Shown one piece after another: positions 29,514-44,662 of a stretch of DNA of 64,000 nt. This DNA comes from the human T2T-CHM13v2.0 reference genome, Homo sapiens. The notes beneath the pieces were generated by a model. It saw only the letters and a list, made by a program, of their open reading frames with translations, was not told the origin of the DNA and ran no database searches. The stretch lies in the NCBI RefSeq assembly GCF_009914755.1, contig NC_060932.1; one strand, written 5' to 3'. Numbering within the stretch: the stretch's first letter is position 1; each line of letters begins with the position of its first letter. Both the position numbers and the translations under genes were made by a program.

Positions 29514-29759
29514 AAAAGCAAAAAGTCCTGTAATTCCTCCTTTAACTTAATGGAGTGGATATTTAATAGTAAGTTTTAGGTCTCTAGAAATTGGTGGATT
29601 TCTTTAACAAAAGCATACTTGCAGAAAAAAAATGATATTTTAATGCCTTGTTGCTCCAGCAGAACAAATTACAGCCTTAACCGAAATAATTTAGGGGCTA
29701 CATTCCTTGTTTCCCTTCTCTTTGGTTAATGAAAGATAATTTCACCTCTAAAGTTTTGA

Positions 29760-30107
<348 letters not shown>

Positions 30108-30876
30108 TGAGTTAATATTTTCCCTGTCACTCTTCCTTATATTTAAAAATGCAGTTTTCAGTAAGGGATTTGGGGAATTACATTACTCTTTTTTTTTTTT
30201 TTAACCCTGAAGTAAAGAAGCAGATCTAGCTTTCTCTTAGAAACCTGTATAATATATAGGATTTCTTCATCTTTCCAAAATGCTGATATTCAAACCTCAA
30301 TTTTCTCAGGAGAGACTGCTCCATGGTACATCTTTTGCTTTATTAATGTTGGTAAACTGTCCCATGGACAGTGTTTTATAAGAGATCATAATATTGCAAT
30401 CCTAAAATCATCATAACTAAGTTTACTTTCCATTTTTGCTCGTGTTTTATAGAGAAAAGAAAATGGAAGTTTCAAAATCTATGACTCATATTTTCTGATA
30501 GTGAATACACTCTTATCTTTGACCTGGTCAATCTTATAGGCAATGCTCTTCCTCTAGTTATCTTATAGTTTTATTAACTTTGAGAGAATAGAAAACCACC
30601 CTATTAAAAATACAGCGTGGCGGAACTGGCTGACCCAACACTTTCTAACATGCATGCTGTCATGAAGTCTCAAACAGCATTGTTTTATGAGCTCTAGTGA
30701 CAAACCTGACTATTGCTATTTTTGAAAGTAGTGGAGAATGAAAATATCTTTCTTCCAAGGTCTTTTAGAAAGACTTTTTCTCACTTTTTTTACTTAAAAA
30801 AAAAACTCCTTAAAATCTATATTCTAACATACACTAAAGAGAAGTGCTCAATAAATACTGTGTTTTTTCCCCCTAG

Positions 30877-30983
30877 CTGTACAAAATGAACGTGACAGAA
30901 TAAGCACCAGAAGAAGCACATTTGATGGCAGCAACATCCCCTCCATTAACACACTGGCACAAGCTGAAGTTCGGTCTCGCCAG
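30877..30983 (+). CDS. HNF4G: HNF4G coding exon 4 (T-box/hinge)
   Basis: Acceptor ccctAG|CT, donor CAG|GTAC. Encodes [36 protein letters not shown]. Confidence 0.97.
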
Positions 30984-32530
30984 GTACCTGTGGCACGGCA
31001 GCATCAAACCCTATTTAATAAAATCAAATGTCCATGTAGGCATCATGCTAAAATAATCTAAGTTTTTTCAAAGGTGCTCATTACTAAAATAAGTTACATC
31101 TACACACAATTAAGAGTTTTACTTTGAAAGTTTGAGTGGGACTGCTGACTTAATTTTGACTGTTCTTGAACAAGACTAGTTTTAAATGGAAAAATAAAAC
31201 AAATTTCAGTCTAAGATTGTTTTTTAAAAAGTTTGCTTATAAGTTTGATTAAAAATAATGAATAGCACAAAGCTCTGTAGGCAGTATTTTATTTTATTGA
31301 TGGAATCTGTACAACCAGCTACCACAACTTTTGGGGAGTTTGGTTGATATTTGTTATCAGAGCTTCTTTCCTTGAAAATGACTTCTGGATCTTTGGGAAC
31401 TGCTTTGGAAGCAGACATTTAAATGAAGAGTCAGAATTCAGAAAACACAGAAGAGAGAAAACTTTATTATTTTAAATTTCTCAAATAACAGTTCTACAGT
31501 TAAAAAAATAAGTCATTAGTTATATACATAAAAATAAATTATTTAGTGTTGTATAAAGAAATCCTTAAATCAAACTTACTTTAGCATTGCCCTTATTAGA
31601 AATGTTAATATTATTTTTCTATTATAAAGCAGATTATAAAATTGCCAAGTAGTTAATCAGGTCCTATAATGAGTCAGTGCAACTACTTTCATTTTTGATA
31701 ACACAAGGGTAATATGATGAGGTTAACATCACCGTTATCATTATTACTTGAAGATTGCTTGATGGGCAATAAAGCTTTTAGAGAATGACCTAAAGGGGAG
31801 CTATGAGAAAATATTCAAATACAGATAAAGATACACTCACACGCATGTTCAAAAATAAGTTTATAAAAACTTTTAGACTGTGTTTTCTTTCAGCAGAAAA
31901 GCTTTATTACTTATATTTTTATATAGTCTAAAATTACAAATTTACAAATTTACAAATCTTACAAATTTATTATATGTTAAGCTCTTCAACATTGCTGAGT
32001 CACACATTGGTTTTTTAATTTAATTTTGATGGGCTTCCTTTTAATGCAGCGAGACAAATAGTTCTTGCTTCTTGTCTCCCCAACTGGGTAAACGTTATGA
32101 AAACATTTTCTTCATAAACTTCCACAAATTAAAGAAAATATCACCTTTAATTCAAAATAAAATCAAAGAGCATATTACATATGGATACTATCTATCTATT
32201 TTTATAGCCATTTTGAATTGTGAAATTCCTCAAAAGTTGGGGTAAAACTTAGTGTACAGATTTGACCACTAACATAAGATACTGTTCCCAGAGGATGGTG
32301 CTATATATATGAAATGTTTTTAAATTAACTTGTAAACTTATAGGTATTTTATTTTTCAATTTAAATCAGTATTTCATTTTTCAATTTAAAATGTTTAGTA
32401 TTTGTCAAGATACTGTAACAACAATAGTGCCTACTTCTATGGCCTTTACTTATCATAGTCAAAAGAAAAAAAGGGGAATGTTGGCCATCTATTATTTTAA
32501 ATGATAATATAATGCTTTTCTTAATACTAG

Positions 32531-32686
32531 ATCTCAGTCTCAAGCCCTGGGTCAAGCACTGACATAAACGTTAAGAAAATTGCAAGTATTGGTGATGTCT
32601 GTGAATCTATGAAACAGCAGCTCTTAGTCTTGGTGGAATGGGCTAAATATATTCCTGCCTTCTGTGAATTACCATTGGATGATCAG
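32531..32686 (+). CDS. HNF4G: HNF4G coding exon 5 (LBD, helices 3-4 signature)
   Basis: Acceptor actAG|ATC, donor CAG|GTAC. Encodes [52 protein letters not shown], with the nuclear-receptor WAK..P.F..L...DQ motif. Confidence 0.97.
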
Positions 32687-33974
32687 GTACACATTTAAAA
32701 CTTTATAAATGCTTTAAAAATGCTTCTTGAACTTTGCTAAGTTTATGTTCTTTCCATATTATTTGTAATGCATATTCTATATTACTGTATTTGGCAAAAG
32801 ATAAATTAGGAGGAAGGATTGGGTTTCCTTACCCATTCACCTTGTTCTATCAAGAGGCACAACTGTTTGACTTCTATTTTAGGGGTGTAGCAAATTTATT
32901 GATTGGACAAGAACTGAACAAAACACTCCTCTGCCCTTTTGGAATTTTAAAAGGGTCATGTGAGGGAGAAAGGTAGATAGCATGTAACTATCATTGTGAG
33001 ACAAAGTATTAGAAGAGTGAATGTCTGTGAAGCAAATGGTGGATGTTGTGTATTGGCGTTTACTGAAGCTGCTATATAAAACTCCTCAGAAATACCAGGT
33101 CACTCCTAGACAGAAACCACACAGGTTGTGGTGTTGTCTTGGTGGGTACTTCATGCAATTAACATAAAGTTTTACCTTTCATGCTGTCAATTTTATTCTA
33201 GAATTTATTGTATAAAAGTTACATGTCTGGCAAAAAGAAAAACATCTGTAGAAACATGATCAGAAATTTATAGAGAAATAAAATTTACACAACAAAAGAT
33301 AGAGTGATCTTTTACTAATACTTCTATTTTCATATTTTGTCATATGCCCATTAGGATATTTTAATAAATACTTAGGAACTTGAATTTCCTAATTGTACTA
33401 TAAAGATAAGTATTTTGGTTTCAGATTCATTTTGAACCGTTCTTACTAAGTAGGGTATAATTTTTTGTAGATGAAAATAATTGGAAAAATTCCCTTTCTC
33501 TCACCTTAAATTAACCATGGTAAGTGTTATAACCAGTGTATATTTATTTTTAAGAGAGCGTTTCACCTGGTGACAGGAAAAAAAAATACAGTGAAATCTG
33601 AAATAATTCTTAAAATGCTCTGTAACTGCCTTCCTGGTGTGAGTCACGAATATTGACATACCATAAAGATAGCATGGCTCAGAAGGTTATGCCAGTGAAT
33701 AACGCTAAATTGCTAAAACCTACCAGTCTCACCCCAAGCAATATAAGTAGGGTTACGTTATTTATCAGTTTTATATTTTTATTATCATTCTTCTTTAGAA
33801 GTTGCTGACTTATATATTCAGTGATTTAAAAATTGGGAAATTAAAATCCAGTAACCAGTGAAAAACAGTTTTAATTTGCCAACTGATTCTTTAATATTAA
33901 CAGTATAACATTTATTAATTAGCCACAAATTAGTAAATGTCTGTTATGAATAAGGCATGGGAAATTAGCTTTCA

Positions 33975-34900
33975 GTTGCACTATAAATTACATCATTTCA
34001 TTTAATTCTCTCAGGAGCTCGGTGACAGGTGTTATTATCTCCATTTTACAGTTTCTAAAACTGAACCCTAGATCAGTAAAATTCATTCAATAAATTCATC
34101 AAATGAATATTTATTAGGAGATTACTGTTCAGTTTTAGGAACTGTGGGTATTTAGCAGTAAAAATACAGATTTCTTCACTATTCTCATAAATGTACACTC
34201 TATTTGAGAAAGGTGGATAACTTAAAAAATGCAAAAATTATGAGAAAGTTCATTCCAAGTGGAGATAAGCTCTATAAAATGCTATAAAATGGAATAGGAT
34301 GAGTTGTTGGAGAATGGGGATAAAATGAGAAGAGATACTTTAAACTGAGGACCAGAGAAGTTATTGCCTGAGACCCTGAAAGACAAGGGGCCAAGCCCAG
34401 GAGAATCTGAGAAGAAAGCACTCCAGATACAGGAACAGCATGTCCAAGGTTCTGAGTCAGGCAGCAACAATGTGAACAAGGGGTGTTGCAAGATGAAGTC
34501 AGAGACATGAGGGCTGGGAGGCAAAGCACTGACCCCTCTCACGCCTCCCATCACCTGTGAGGCCATGTTTGACGAGTTTGGATTTCAGTCTAGGGACAAT
34601 AAGAAACCATTCAAAGAGTTTTCAGCCTGGACTAGGGTGGTAGCAATGGAGATGAAAAGAAGTGGATCACTTTGGCTTGTATTTTGAGAAGCAGCACTAG
34701 AATTTACTGCAGAGTTAGAGAGGACTCAAAATAGTCTCTTGTTTTGATGTGAACAAGCACTTTGGATTACGGTGTCATTTACTAGATGAAGATAATGGGG
34801 AAGTGTTACATTGGTAGGTGTTAAATTTGTAATGCTTCCTATACTTCCTAGTGGTGATGCCCAGCAGGTAATTGAGTGTACGAATGAAGCTCAGTTGAGA
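33975..34900. mobile_element. MIR followed by antisense L2 fragment (approximate)
   Basis: ATTATCTCCATTTTACAG (MIR core), then ATTCATTCAATAAA...TATTTATT and CACTCCAGATACAGGAACAGCATGT (L2). Confidence 0.6.
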
Positions 34901-35470
34901 GCTTACTGAGAAGAATAATCTAGAAAGCGGCAGAACCCAGACCTCCCATCTTTTCCTTACAAGAAGTCTTTGCTTTGCTTTTGTTTATTTAGTTTATTAC
35001 GTGCAGGAGATTATGTTTTATATATGTTTTATCGTTTAGTACTCATGAGTACATGATGAGATTTTTTTTATCTCTACTCCCATTTTGTAGATGAAAACAA
35101 ATGAGTAAGTTCAAACGTACTGGTTAACTTACACAAGGTTAAACAGGTAGTAAGTGGCCGTGCTGGGATTTGAACTCTGGTCTGATTCTGTTTCCCTTGC
35201 AAACAGTTAACTTGTCTGCTTTTTTTTTTTTTCTTTCTGCTGCCATTGTATTGATTTGCTAGATAGTTTTAAAATTTTTGAAAAGTAAGTTCTATTGACA
35301 TGCTATGATAGAAAACTGGAAGGCTTAATGATGGCATGTATCTATGAATACTATAGTTTGTTAAACAAAAAGTACCAGGCTTAAAGAACACTCTAAGTTA
35401 ACAAGACTCATGTCATCTTTTAATCATTATATATTATAATTAATTGTTAAACTGAGAATTTTTCATTAAG

Positions 35471-35558
35471 GTGGCACTGTTGAGAGCTCACGCAGGGGAG
35501 CACTTACTGCTTGGAGCTACAAAGAGATCCATGATGTATAAAGATATTTTGCTTTTGG
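35471..35558 (+). CDS. HNF4G: HNF4G coding exon 6 (LBD)
   Basis: Acceptor ttaAG|GTG, donor G|GTAAG. Encodes [29 protein letters not shown]. Confidence 0.97.
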
Positions 35559-36309
35559 GTAAGTTTTTTTTTTTTAATTTAAGAAGAAATTATGCATATT
35601 TTATTCTTGCAATATTATACAGGGTCTGTTCTGTATGTACCAAGTATTTACAGACACTGGCAAATGGTGCTGTCACTTCACAGGTTTAATTTAATTGTGT
35701 CCTCACTTGGCCTTATTTTTCCTTGCCTTGACTGTATGTAAGTTCAGAGTCCATGAGACAATCAGGGAGCATTAAGATTTAAAAATAAAAAAGAGATGTT
35801 GCTCAATAAACATAATATTGAGGTATGTTCAAATTATATCAGAATGAATAATTAGTAAATTATATGGCTGCCTTATGGAGTCTCAATGTGTTTTCATATT
35901 TCCTCAGAGTCTGCTTTTTATTTTACACACTTTAAAAAAACATGTTTACGTCCTATGATCTTATTGCCCATGATAGCCCACGATATGCTACAAAATGATC
36001 AAGTAAAAAAGTATTGGTGGTAATGACTGAACAATTTCGATAGACAGGAATGCTAGAAGAGGCTAAGGAAGGATAATAGGTGTGGGGTGGTGGGGTAGAG
36101 AAGACATAAAGAAAAGACATTTGTCTTCATTAATTGCTCCAATCCCGCTACCTTACTTAACTTAAACAGTTAGGTTTTGAGGGTTGAGATCCTTCTGACA
36201 CTTACTAGCTCTACCTCTCTCTGGCATGTGTGAAAATATGACTAGATTATTTTATTTTTGTGCTAGATGTTTTAGCCCCAAATATAAATAAATTGAAGAC
36301 AATATAACA

Positions 36310-36550
36310 ATATTTAATATTATTGCAGGTTTACTATGTAAATGCACTGGTCTAAGTACATTACATGTATATGTATATATATTCTCTCATTTAATCCTTG
36401 AAATAGCCCTAAGGGATTAGTACTACTATTTTCAGCCCATTTTGCAGGTGAAGAAATGGAGACAGAGAAAGTTTACCAAAGGTCACAAAGCTAGAAAATA
36501 ATATAGCCAAGATTCTAAACCACATAATGTGATTGTGGAGACTATGCCCT
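36310..36550 (-). mobile_element. MIR
   Basis: CTCATTTAATCCT...CCCATTTTGCAGGTGAAGAAATGGAGACAGAGA...CCAAAGGTCACA. Confidence 0.75.
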
Positions 36551-36714
36551 GAAATGCTATTAAATACCTCTCTTGAATTTCTAGTAAACATCTAGAATAC
36601 TGTTCTTGTTATAGACCTAAATGCAATATACCTAGAAAACAAAATGCCTACTGTATACATTCTAGTTCTAAATTGATTTACCCAGAATAGTTAGGTAAGC
36701 TAACCTTTCATAAA

Positions 36715-37200
<486 letters not shown>

Positions 37201-38006
37201 AGTGAGGCTACCATTGAACATGCTGTTACCCTGAGGATTGTCTTTGCCTGCAGTGAAAGAATTTAGAATATTTGTCTTTTTATAAAACCAGAAAATAACA
37301 ATTTAACTGTTATTTTTGGAAGCTATAAAAATTTTCATCATATTATAGCTAGAGAATTTCTAAGTTAGAAAGATCTTTAGGGAATAGGTGGTCCAGCTCG
37401 CTACCCAATCTCTGAACTCCCTTAAAGTCAGCCTTATAAAGTGGTTATCCCACCTCTATTTAAAGAAGTCCTGGAAGAGAAAACATACTATCAGAGGCAA
37501 CTCATGAGAATTCACATGCTAATTTAAAAAAAAAAATCAACCTCCTTTACTTAGGTGTGTTAAAACTGTCTCAATAGTGTATGCCTAGAATGCCTAGAGT
37601 ATCAAAGTGCTGTTTTTAATCCGCTGTAAACAAGAAAGATTCTTTAGGGTTTGTATTGTAGTCATTAGTGAATAAAACGCTAATAGATGTCTGACACAGA
37701 GAAAAACTAATCATTATATTTAGATTTTGTCAAATATCAGCATGTTATTAGTCTGCACTTTTGTGTTATCACCAGTGACTGATCCCGTTAAAATGCATGT
37801 GATCACATTATTAATGTTCTTGGTCCTTTAAGCATGCTTAAGTTTTTCTAGCATAACTAACAACACCACTGAGAGAGGAAGTACATCACTATTCCTTCAA
37901 GGGTAGACTATTTTAAACACCGGTTTGTTAAATTTTAAACAGTGCTGACAATTTGGGGAGACAGGTGGTTATTTTGTTTTGTTTTGTTTTGTTTTCTCTC
38001 TCATAG

Positions 38007-38159
38007 GAAACAACTATGTTATTCACCGCAACAGCTGTGAAGTTGAGATTAGCCGTGTGGCCAATCGTGTTCTAGATGAGCTGGTTAGACCATTTCAAGA
38101 AATCCAGATTGATGACAATGAGTATGCTTGTTTAAAGGCAATTGTATTTTTTGATCCAG
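38007..38159 (+). CDS. HNF4G: HNF4G coding exon 7 (LBD)
   Basis: Acceptor catAG|GA, donor G|GTTGG. Encodes [51 protein letters not shown]. Confidence 0.97.
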
Positions 38160-38198
38160 GTTGGTTTTCAAAATTCCACTAGAGAATTAATATAATAA

Positions 38199-38540
<342 letters not shown>

Positions 38541-38673
38541 TAATTTCTACTTTATTGATTAGAATCACACTAAATATAAGTTTGACCTACTGATTTTTTT
38601 GTCCATATTTAATTCATCTACTGAAGTTGCTGTGATGCTCCTGAATTTTTTTCCTTCTGCTATGACATAATGA

Positions 38674-39060
<387 letters not shown>

Positions 39061-39832
39061 TGAAACCCCCATTCTTATTAGCCTCCACCACCTCTATTCC
39101 ACAGTCCCTCTGACTTAAATTTTCAGATCCTTCCAAACATGGCAAAGAGAAACAAATTTCCTGATTTTATGACCTCTTCAAATATATCATGGTTTTTCAT
39201 GCCCTGATTCATTTAAAACCTCAAGGATACTGGAATTGCAATACAACCTAATACATATATATATATACTATCTTAAAAATGAACATTGTGCTCCTGAAAT
39301 AATTAATTGACACAAAATAGTAGAAAGGGAAAATGATATTTCATTGTTGCAATACATGTCAGGAATAAGTTAAGAAATCATTTATTTTGCATTCCAATCT
39401 AGATTAAATTTCCTTGTAAAATCATTATATTTATTTTTAGTTTTCTGGTGCATAATTTGTTCCTAATGATATCTTTCTGAAATGAAAGTTGTTCATGCTA
39501 TTACAGTGATCCCAAATACTATAAACTTGAGGTAAGTGATTCTTGGAATTGCCTTAACAACAGGCAGCGAACCTAATGATTCCAGGAAACGGCACACAAG
39601 GTCCATTATTAATACACAGCATAATATGATGCAACATTAATCTAGCCAATGTACAGTGAAAGCTGACATTGTTCTTAATATGCCAGTGGTTCTGTCAATT
39701 TATTTTTGAATTCCCAAAAAGCACTTGGCAAAAATAGCGATATTTAAGCTGTCAATCAAAACATTTGTTTCAAGGTAAACTTGCTGTTCCTGATTAAATA
39801 TCACTAACACAGCATCTTTTTATCTTTTGTAG

Positions 39833-39955
39833 GGGCTTCCAATGATGGCAGTCATCTCCATCATCCAATGCATCCACATTTGTCTCAAGACCCATTAACT
39901 GGACAAACTATACTTTTAGGTCCCATGTCAACACTGGTTCATGCAGACCAGATCT
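39833..39955 (+). CDS. HNF4G: HNF4G coding exon 9 (F domain)
   Basis: Acceptor tgtAG|GG, donor T|GTAAG. Encodes GASNDGSHLHHPMHPHLSQDPLTGQTILLGPMSTLVHADQI. Confidence 0.95.
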
Positions 39956-40203
39956 GTAAGTTTATAGACTACTTTTCAACCAAGATATTTCTTAATTACC
40001 CAAGAAAAAGTGGAATTGTGGGAAAGAATCTATTAGTAACCAGAAATGGCAAAAACTTGGTGTAATTTCCCATCTGAGACTCAGCAGTAGAAGACTGTTA
40101 TTCAGCTTGTCACTTATTCTCCCTAGACATAAGTTTGCTTCCTAAAATGAAAATGAAAGAAAAATCTTTCTACTTCATAGGTCTGGGGAGCACAAAAGAG
40201 TAT

Positions 40204-41292
40204 ACAAGTAGTCCTTGCTTTGCATGGTAGTGTGAGACCATAAAAACGACAATGCAAGCTGAAACCATGCAAGGGAATCTTAATAATCAATGGGAAAATT
40301 ATTTCTTGCTTGGCACCTTCAAAAACGTTTGTCAAAATATTAAGAACTCTCTTAATGTTTATGGAGACTAAAGAAATATAATCTTTATACTTATTTTGTA
40401 GAATTCAATACAAAACATTTCAGTTGGTACACTGTAATTAAAACATTAGGAATATTGACAATCGAAGGGTTTTATTTCTCTATAAAAAAAAATTGTGAAA
40501 TGCAGTTTGACCAGTTCTTGTCACCTTCTGAAACTTACATTAGGAAGTGAGGATTTTTTCTATGCCCTGATGAGTTTTACTCGTTGGGAAGTTTGGATCA
40601 GCTTTCAACATTTTATCCCTTGCATTCTCAATGTCATGGCATGTTTCTGAGAATTCATTTAATGTGAAATTTTCTTGCCGGTTTCACTTATTTTGGGACA
40701 CCTTCTCCCCTTTCGACACATCCAGCTTTCTCATTTATGTGGACACGTTTTCCTTCGCTGGGTTCTTGGCTGCATATTTAGAGACTCAAACAACAGCAGC
40801 GGCAACATTCCCATGGTCAGCTACTTCTTCTGTGACTGCATTTATGTTTTATTTGTATGTCACTTCCAGCATTATCACTTTTTATTCCTTTCTGCACTTC
40901 CACTGTTGTTGGTCAATTCTAATTCAATTATTCAATTTTGTAAAATGTGATGTGAATTTACCACTAGGAAACAAGGAGGCAACACAGCCACCGTATGCAG
41001 TTTGTTTTCCATGCCTGAACTGAATAGAAGATGCTCAATGACCAATCATGGACAGACTAAAAGTTGTGACATGATCAGTCACTGATCATAAAGCACATCT
41101 GTTATTTAGGTAGCTGTTTGCAGACTGAAGAGTTGGCAGTGGGGTCTGTATTTATGAAATTGCTCACTCTTAATTGTGAGTTACCGTGGTAACTGAAACT
41201 TGAACCATGTTGTTGCCAGACTGGTGGTGTTTAACTAAGCCTTGGTAACCAGAATTCATTCACATCAGAATTGTGCAGTGAGGGCTGCTTAT
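40204..41292 (-). mobile_element. Tigger-family DNA transposon, internally deleted, intron 9
   Basis: Inverted termini CAAGTAGTCCTTGCTTTGCA / TGTGCAGTGAGGGCTGCTTA. The minus strand near 40860-40900 resembles a decayed pogo/CENP-B-type N-terminus (KVIMLEV). Confidence 0.7.
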
Positions 41293-43463
41293 GAAAACTC
41301 CTTGGAATGCAAATGACCATATAAATACTATAGAGATTGTTAGTAGCTAAGTTAATCTATTATTGTAGCTTTCATGCTAATTCTATTTTTTCTAAGCTAC
41401 TCTGGTGATACAAATCTCTAATTATTTGATTAAATATCTAGATTAACTGATTAATTGCTTCTGAATTTACTCTAATTAATCCCAGATTTACCTTTGATCT
41501 ATTGCCTCTGAACACCAAACCTACTACTAACTCACTGAGATGACTTGAGTTATTGTGATGTAACTATTATGCATACACTTATTGCCTACTGAATTTACAA
41601 TAGTCTTTAATAGCTAGCTACAGCATTTTTTTTTTCTTCCAAATGTTGTATGCAATGTAACAACAATTTACCAGTACCACCTGACTTCTAGGCATTGGTA
41701 GGGAACGTAGAAGCCATGGGACTGCGTGCTACCATGCCATCTTTTAGATACAAGCACAGGTAGATCTTTGTGTAAATAGTATCTGAAACCAAAATTATTT
41801 GAATATATGAGAAAGAGAAAGAAATGAAATTGTTAGGAAAAAATATAAATTTTAGAAAAATATGGCATAATCTTGGATTTCCAATGTACTTGAAAGACAT
41901 TATTTGGGACCATCCTTGCAGAATAGATCTTACCATTTTCATTTAACAGATAATCAATAGCAGAAAGAGAGGGGCAAGCCTAATACCAAACTAGAGCGTT
42001 TATGGAGTTGTGTCTCTTAAAGATCAGTTATTCATAAACTCACAAAATAAAACACATTAACAACACAATAAACATTGTAGGAATCAACTGACAAGAGAGT
42101 TGGACAGTTCTGCTGGTGGTTGAATACTTTTTAAGGGCTAGTATTATAGTATTTTAAAAACATATTTGCTGACCCTAGTCTTTTAAAAATCACATTGTTA
42201 CTTTCATTTTTATTCTTGTTCTTTCCACATACTATTTGTGGGATTTGTTTGCAAAAGAAAACTTGGCTTTACTATGCTCATTTGAAATAATTTATATTTT
42301 ATGCAAAGCAGGATATTAAACACAACCAAAATTTAAATTCATGCATATTTTCTTGGTCTTTTAGAGAAGGCTACTGCAGTCTTAGATCTGGTCTAAATAG
42401 CCAGAAATAATTGTAAAAGCAGATTTTGATATTGATTTGTCATTTAAACTGCACTTAAAAATTTTGCTTCTAAGTAATTGCTAATCCATACTTAACAATA
42501 ATATAAAGCTAATGTATTAATGAACACCAGGTAAAAGGAGACTGTTCTTGTTTTGTATATAATGTTTTAAAACTGTTGAGACATAAGCTATAAAGTTTAC
42601 AAAGCCTCAGCCTGATCATCAAACATTTTCTGTTAGTTCTGTTTACTATGTGGAATAATACAATAACAATAAGCGTGAGTACTAAAATATTTCAAGTTTC
42701 TAAAAATTACAGAATAACTCCTGGATTATTTTATAATATGGTTAGATTTTACAATAGAAAGAACTACTATTCTAGACAATGAAGTTTTGAAACTGTAACT
42801 TTTTACATTCAATTCAATTTTTTATATTCAGTTACTTTATATTCAATTACTCAGGCTTGCTCTTTGCATCAAAGGGGATGCGACAGGCAAGCTCGATTGT
42901 AATAGAATAATTTTGAAGCAAAAAAAAAAAAGCCAGTATTTTTCAGATGCTTTTGACTACAACTTAGATTTCAGAACATTTATAAAGTATCTTAACCTTA
43001 ATTTTTTATGTCATCTAATATGTCTGAATTAGTGGAATCCAAACCAAATATATTTTTATTTTATGTGAATTTTGATTATAAAAAATATAAACATTGTTTT
43101 CTAATATTTGAGAAAACTGTCCTTCTGTTAATTCTTTTCACTGCCTTTTTTTCCTGCTAGGTTTGTTAGAGAATCAAATGCTTATAAATGCTATTAGGAA
43201 AGGCAGAAAACACCTTAAAGTAACTATGAAAAAAATTTTTTAACATGACCTCTTTCTATTTAATGTTATTTGGAAAGTAAGGTGAGAGTACTCTCTAACA
43301 GTACGTCATGGGCCAATAATGCATTCTACAAATCACTATTCTGTGTAGGATATTTTAAAAACATTTCCAAATTACGCTAATGTGTATTGGTGTTATGTAG
43401 GGTTTAATGGGGTGAGGAAGACTGACTGCCACCATTAGACTCAATTCTCTGATTCTTTTTCAG

Positions 43464-43585
43464 CAACTCCTGAAACCCCACTCCCTTCCCCACCACAAGG
43501 CTCTGGGCAAGAACAGTACAAAATAGCTGCAAACCAAGCATCAGTCATTTCACACCAGCATCTCTCCAAACAAAAGCAATTGTGA
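43464..43585 (+). CDS. HNF4G: HNF4G coding exon 10 (end of F domain, stop TGA 43583-43585)
   Basis: Acceptor tttcAG|CA. Encodes STPETPLPSPPQGSGQEQYKIAANQASVISHQHLSKQKQL*; TPETP.PSPP is shared with the HNF4A F domain. Confidence 0.96.
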
Positions 43586-44519
43586 AAATGTGTTTACTTC
43601 AGAACGGCACTACATAAATGTGAAAAGTTGTTGATCTTGAAATATCTCAGGATAGCACTTTTGGCAAACTCTTAGCCAAGGCTTCTTCATTGGTGCTGTT
43701 ATAAGATGGTGTCCTATTTTCTTGTTTATACGTTCATTCTGTTTGTTATTGCTACTATGTAAAACTTTCACATGCAACCAATGTATATCTGAGTTTGAAG
43801 ATGTTTATATAGGGTATTTTTTCCAACTGCCCCTGCATTGTGCCTGAACCAATTGAATCTTATGTATGAGTTTCATTTGTTTTATTAATGTTAATTTAAA
43901 TCTGTAAATAATTGCTTTATTGTGATGTGATACAGAACAAAGTGTTCGTTTTTGACTGAAAATAGTAGATCAGAAATCTCAGTTTAATATAAAATGAGCT
44001 AAGTTTTTAAAAATAAATTATAAACTTGGAGATTAGAAAAATAAAGCAGTTGCTGTAGAATAGGCTGTATCTTTTTCAAGAAGAATCTCTTATGGACAGT
44101 CTGTGGTAAAGAAGCAACTCTTTGCTTTAGAGTTAAATATTCCTATCTTAAGTTTAGAAAAATACAAAAAACCATTCCAAGGATGACTGGATACTTTTTG
44201 AAATCTGACTTTCTTTGAAGATGTATGTTAAGCAAAAACATGTTGCTTTTATCAGTTAGGATACAGGGTGAACTGTAACAAAGAAACCCCTAAAACAGTG
44301 ACTAAATCAAGAGAGGAATCTATTTCTTTCTCCTGAAACAATTTAGAAAATAGTTATCCATTGACTAGAAATTAGTACATGCCCACAGCTGGCTCCCACG
44401 GTAGCCAGGAGAATTATCTATAGGTGGAAAGTCTGTGTCAGCCAAAGCCATGTCACTCTGAGAGAACTGATTCTGAGGACAAGTTAGCCATCTACCACCC
44501 ATGTCCCTTATTTGGTCCT

Positions 44520-44662
44520 CACAATAACACTTTAGGAGAGATATCATTATCGCTGTTTTATAAATAAGGGAAACTTTAGCTTGAGGGTTTAAGGAACATA
44601 ACCAAAGTTCACAAACATAACGAGTGAGAGAAACACATTCAAGCCCAGGTCTAGTTGACTTT
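44520..44662 (-). mobile_element. MIR within the 3'UTR
   Basis: ATCATTATCGCTGTTTTATAAATAAGGGAAACT...CCAAAGTTCACA...ATTCAAGCCCAGGTCTAGTTGACT. Confidence 0.7.

Noticed and set aside
31933-31970. (TTACAAAT)n-like repeat; similar short tandem at 51392-51436
   Set aside because: Ordinary slippage repeats with no spacers, so not CRISPR-like or functional arrays.
40631-41023. 130-aa and 91-aa ORFs in intron 9
   Set aside because: Antisense frames of a decayed Tigger transposon; not a domesticated transposase.
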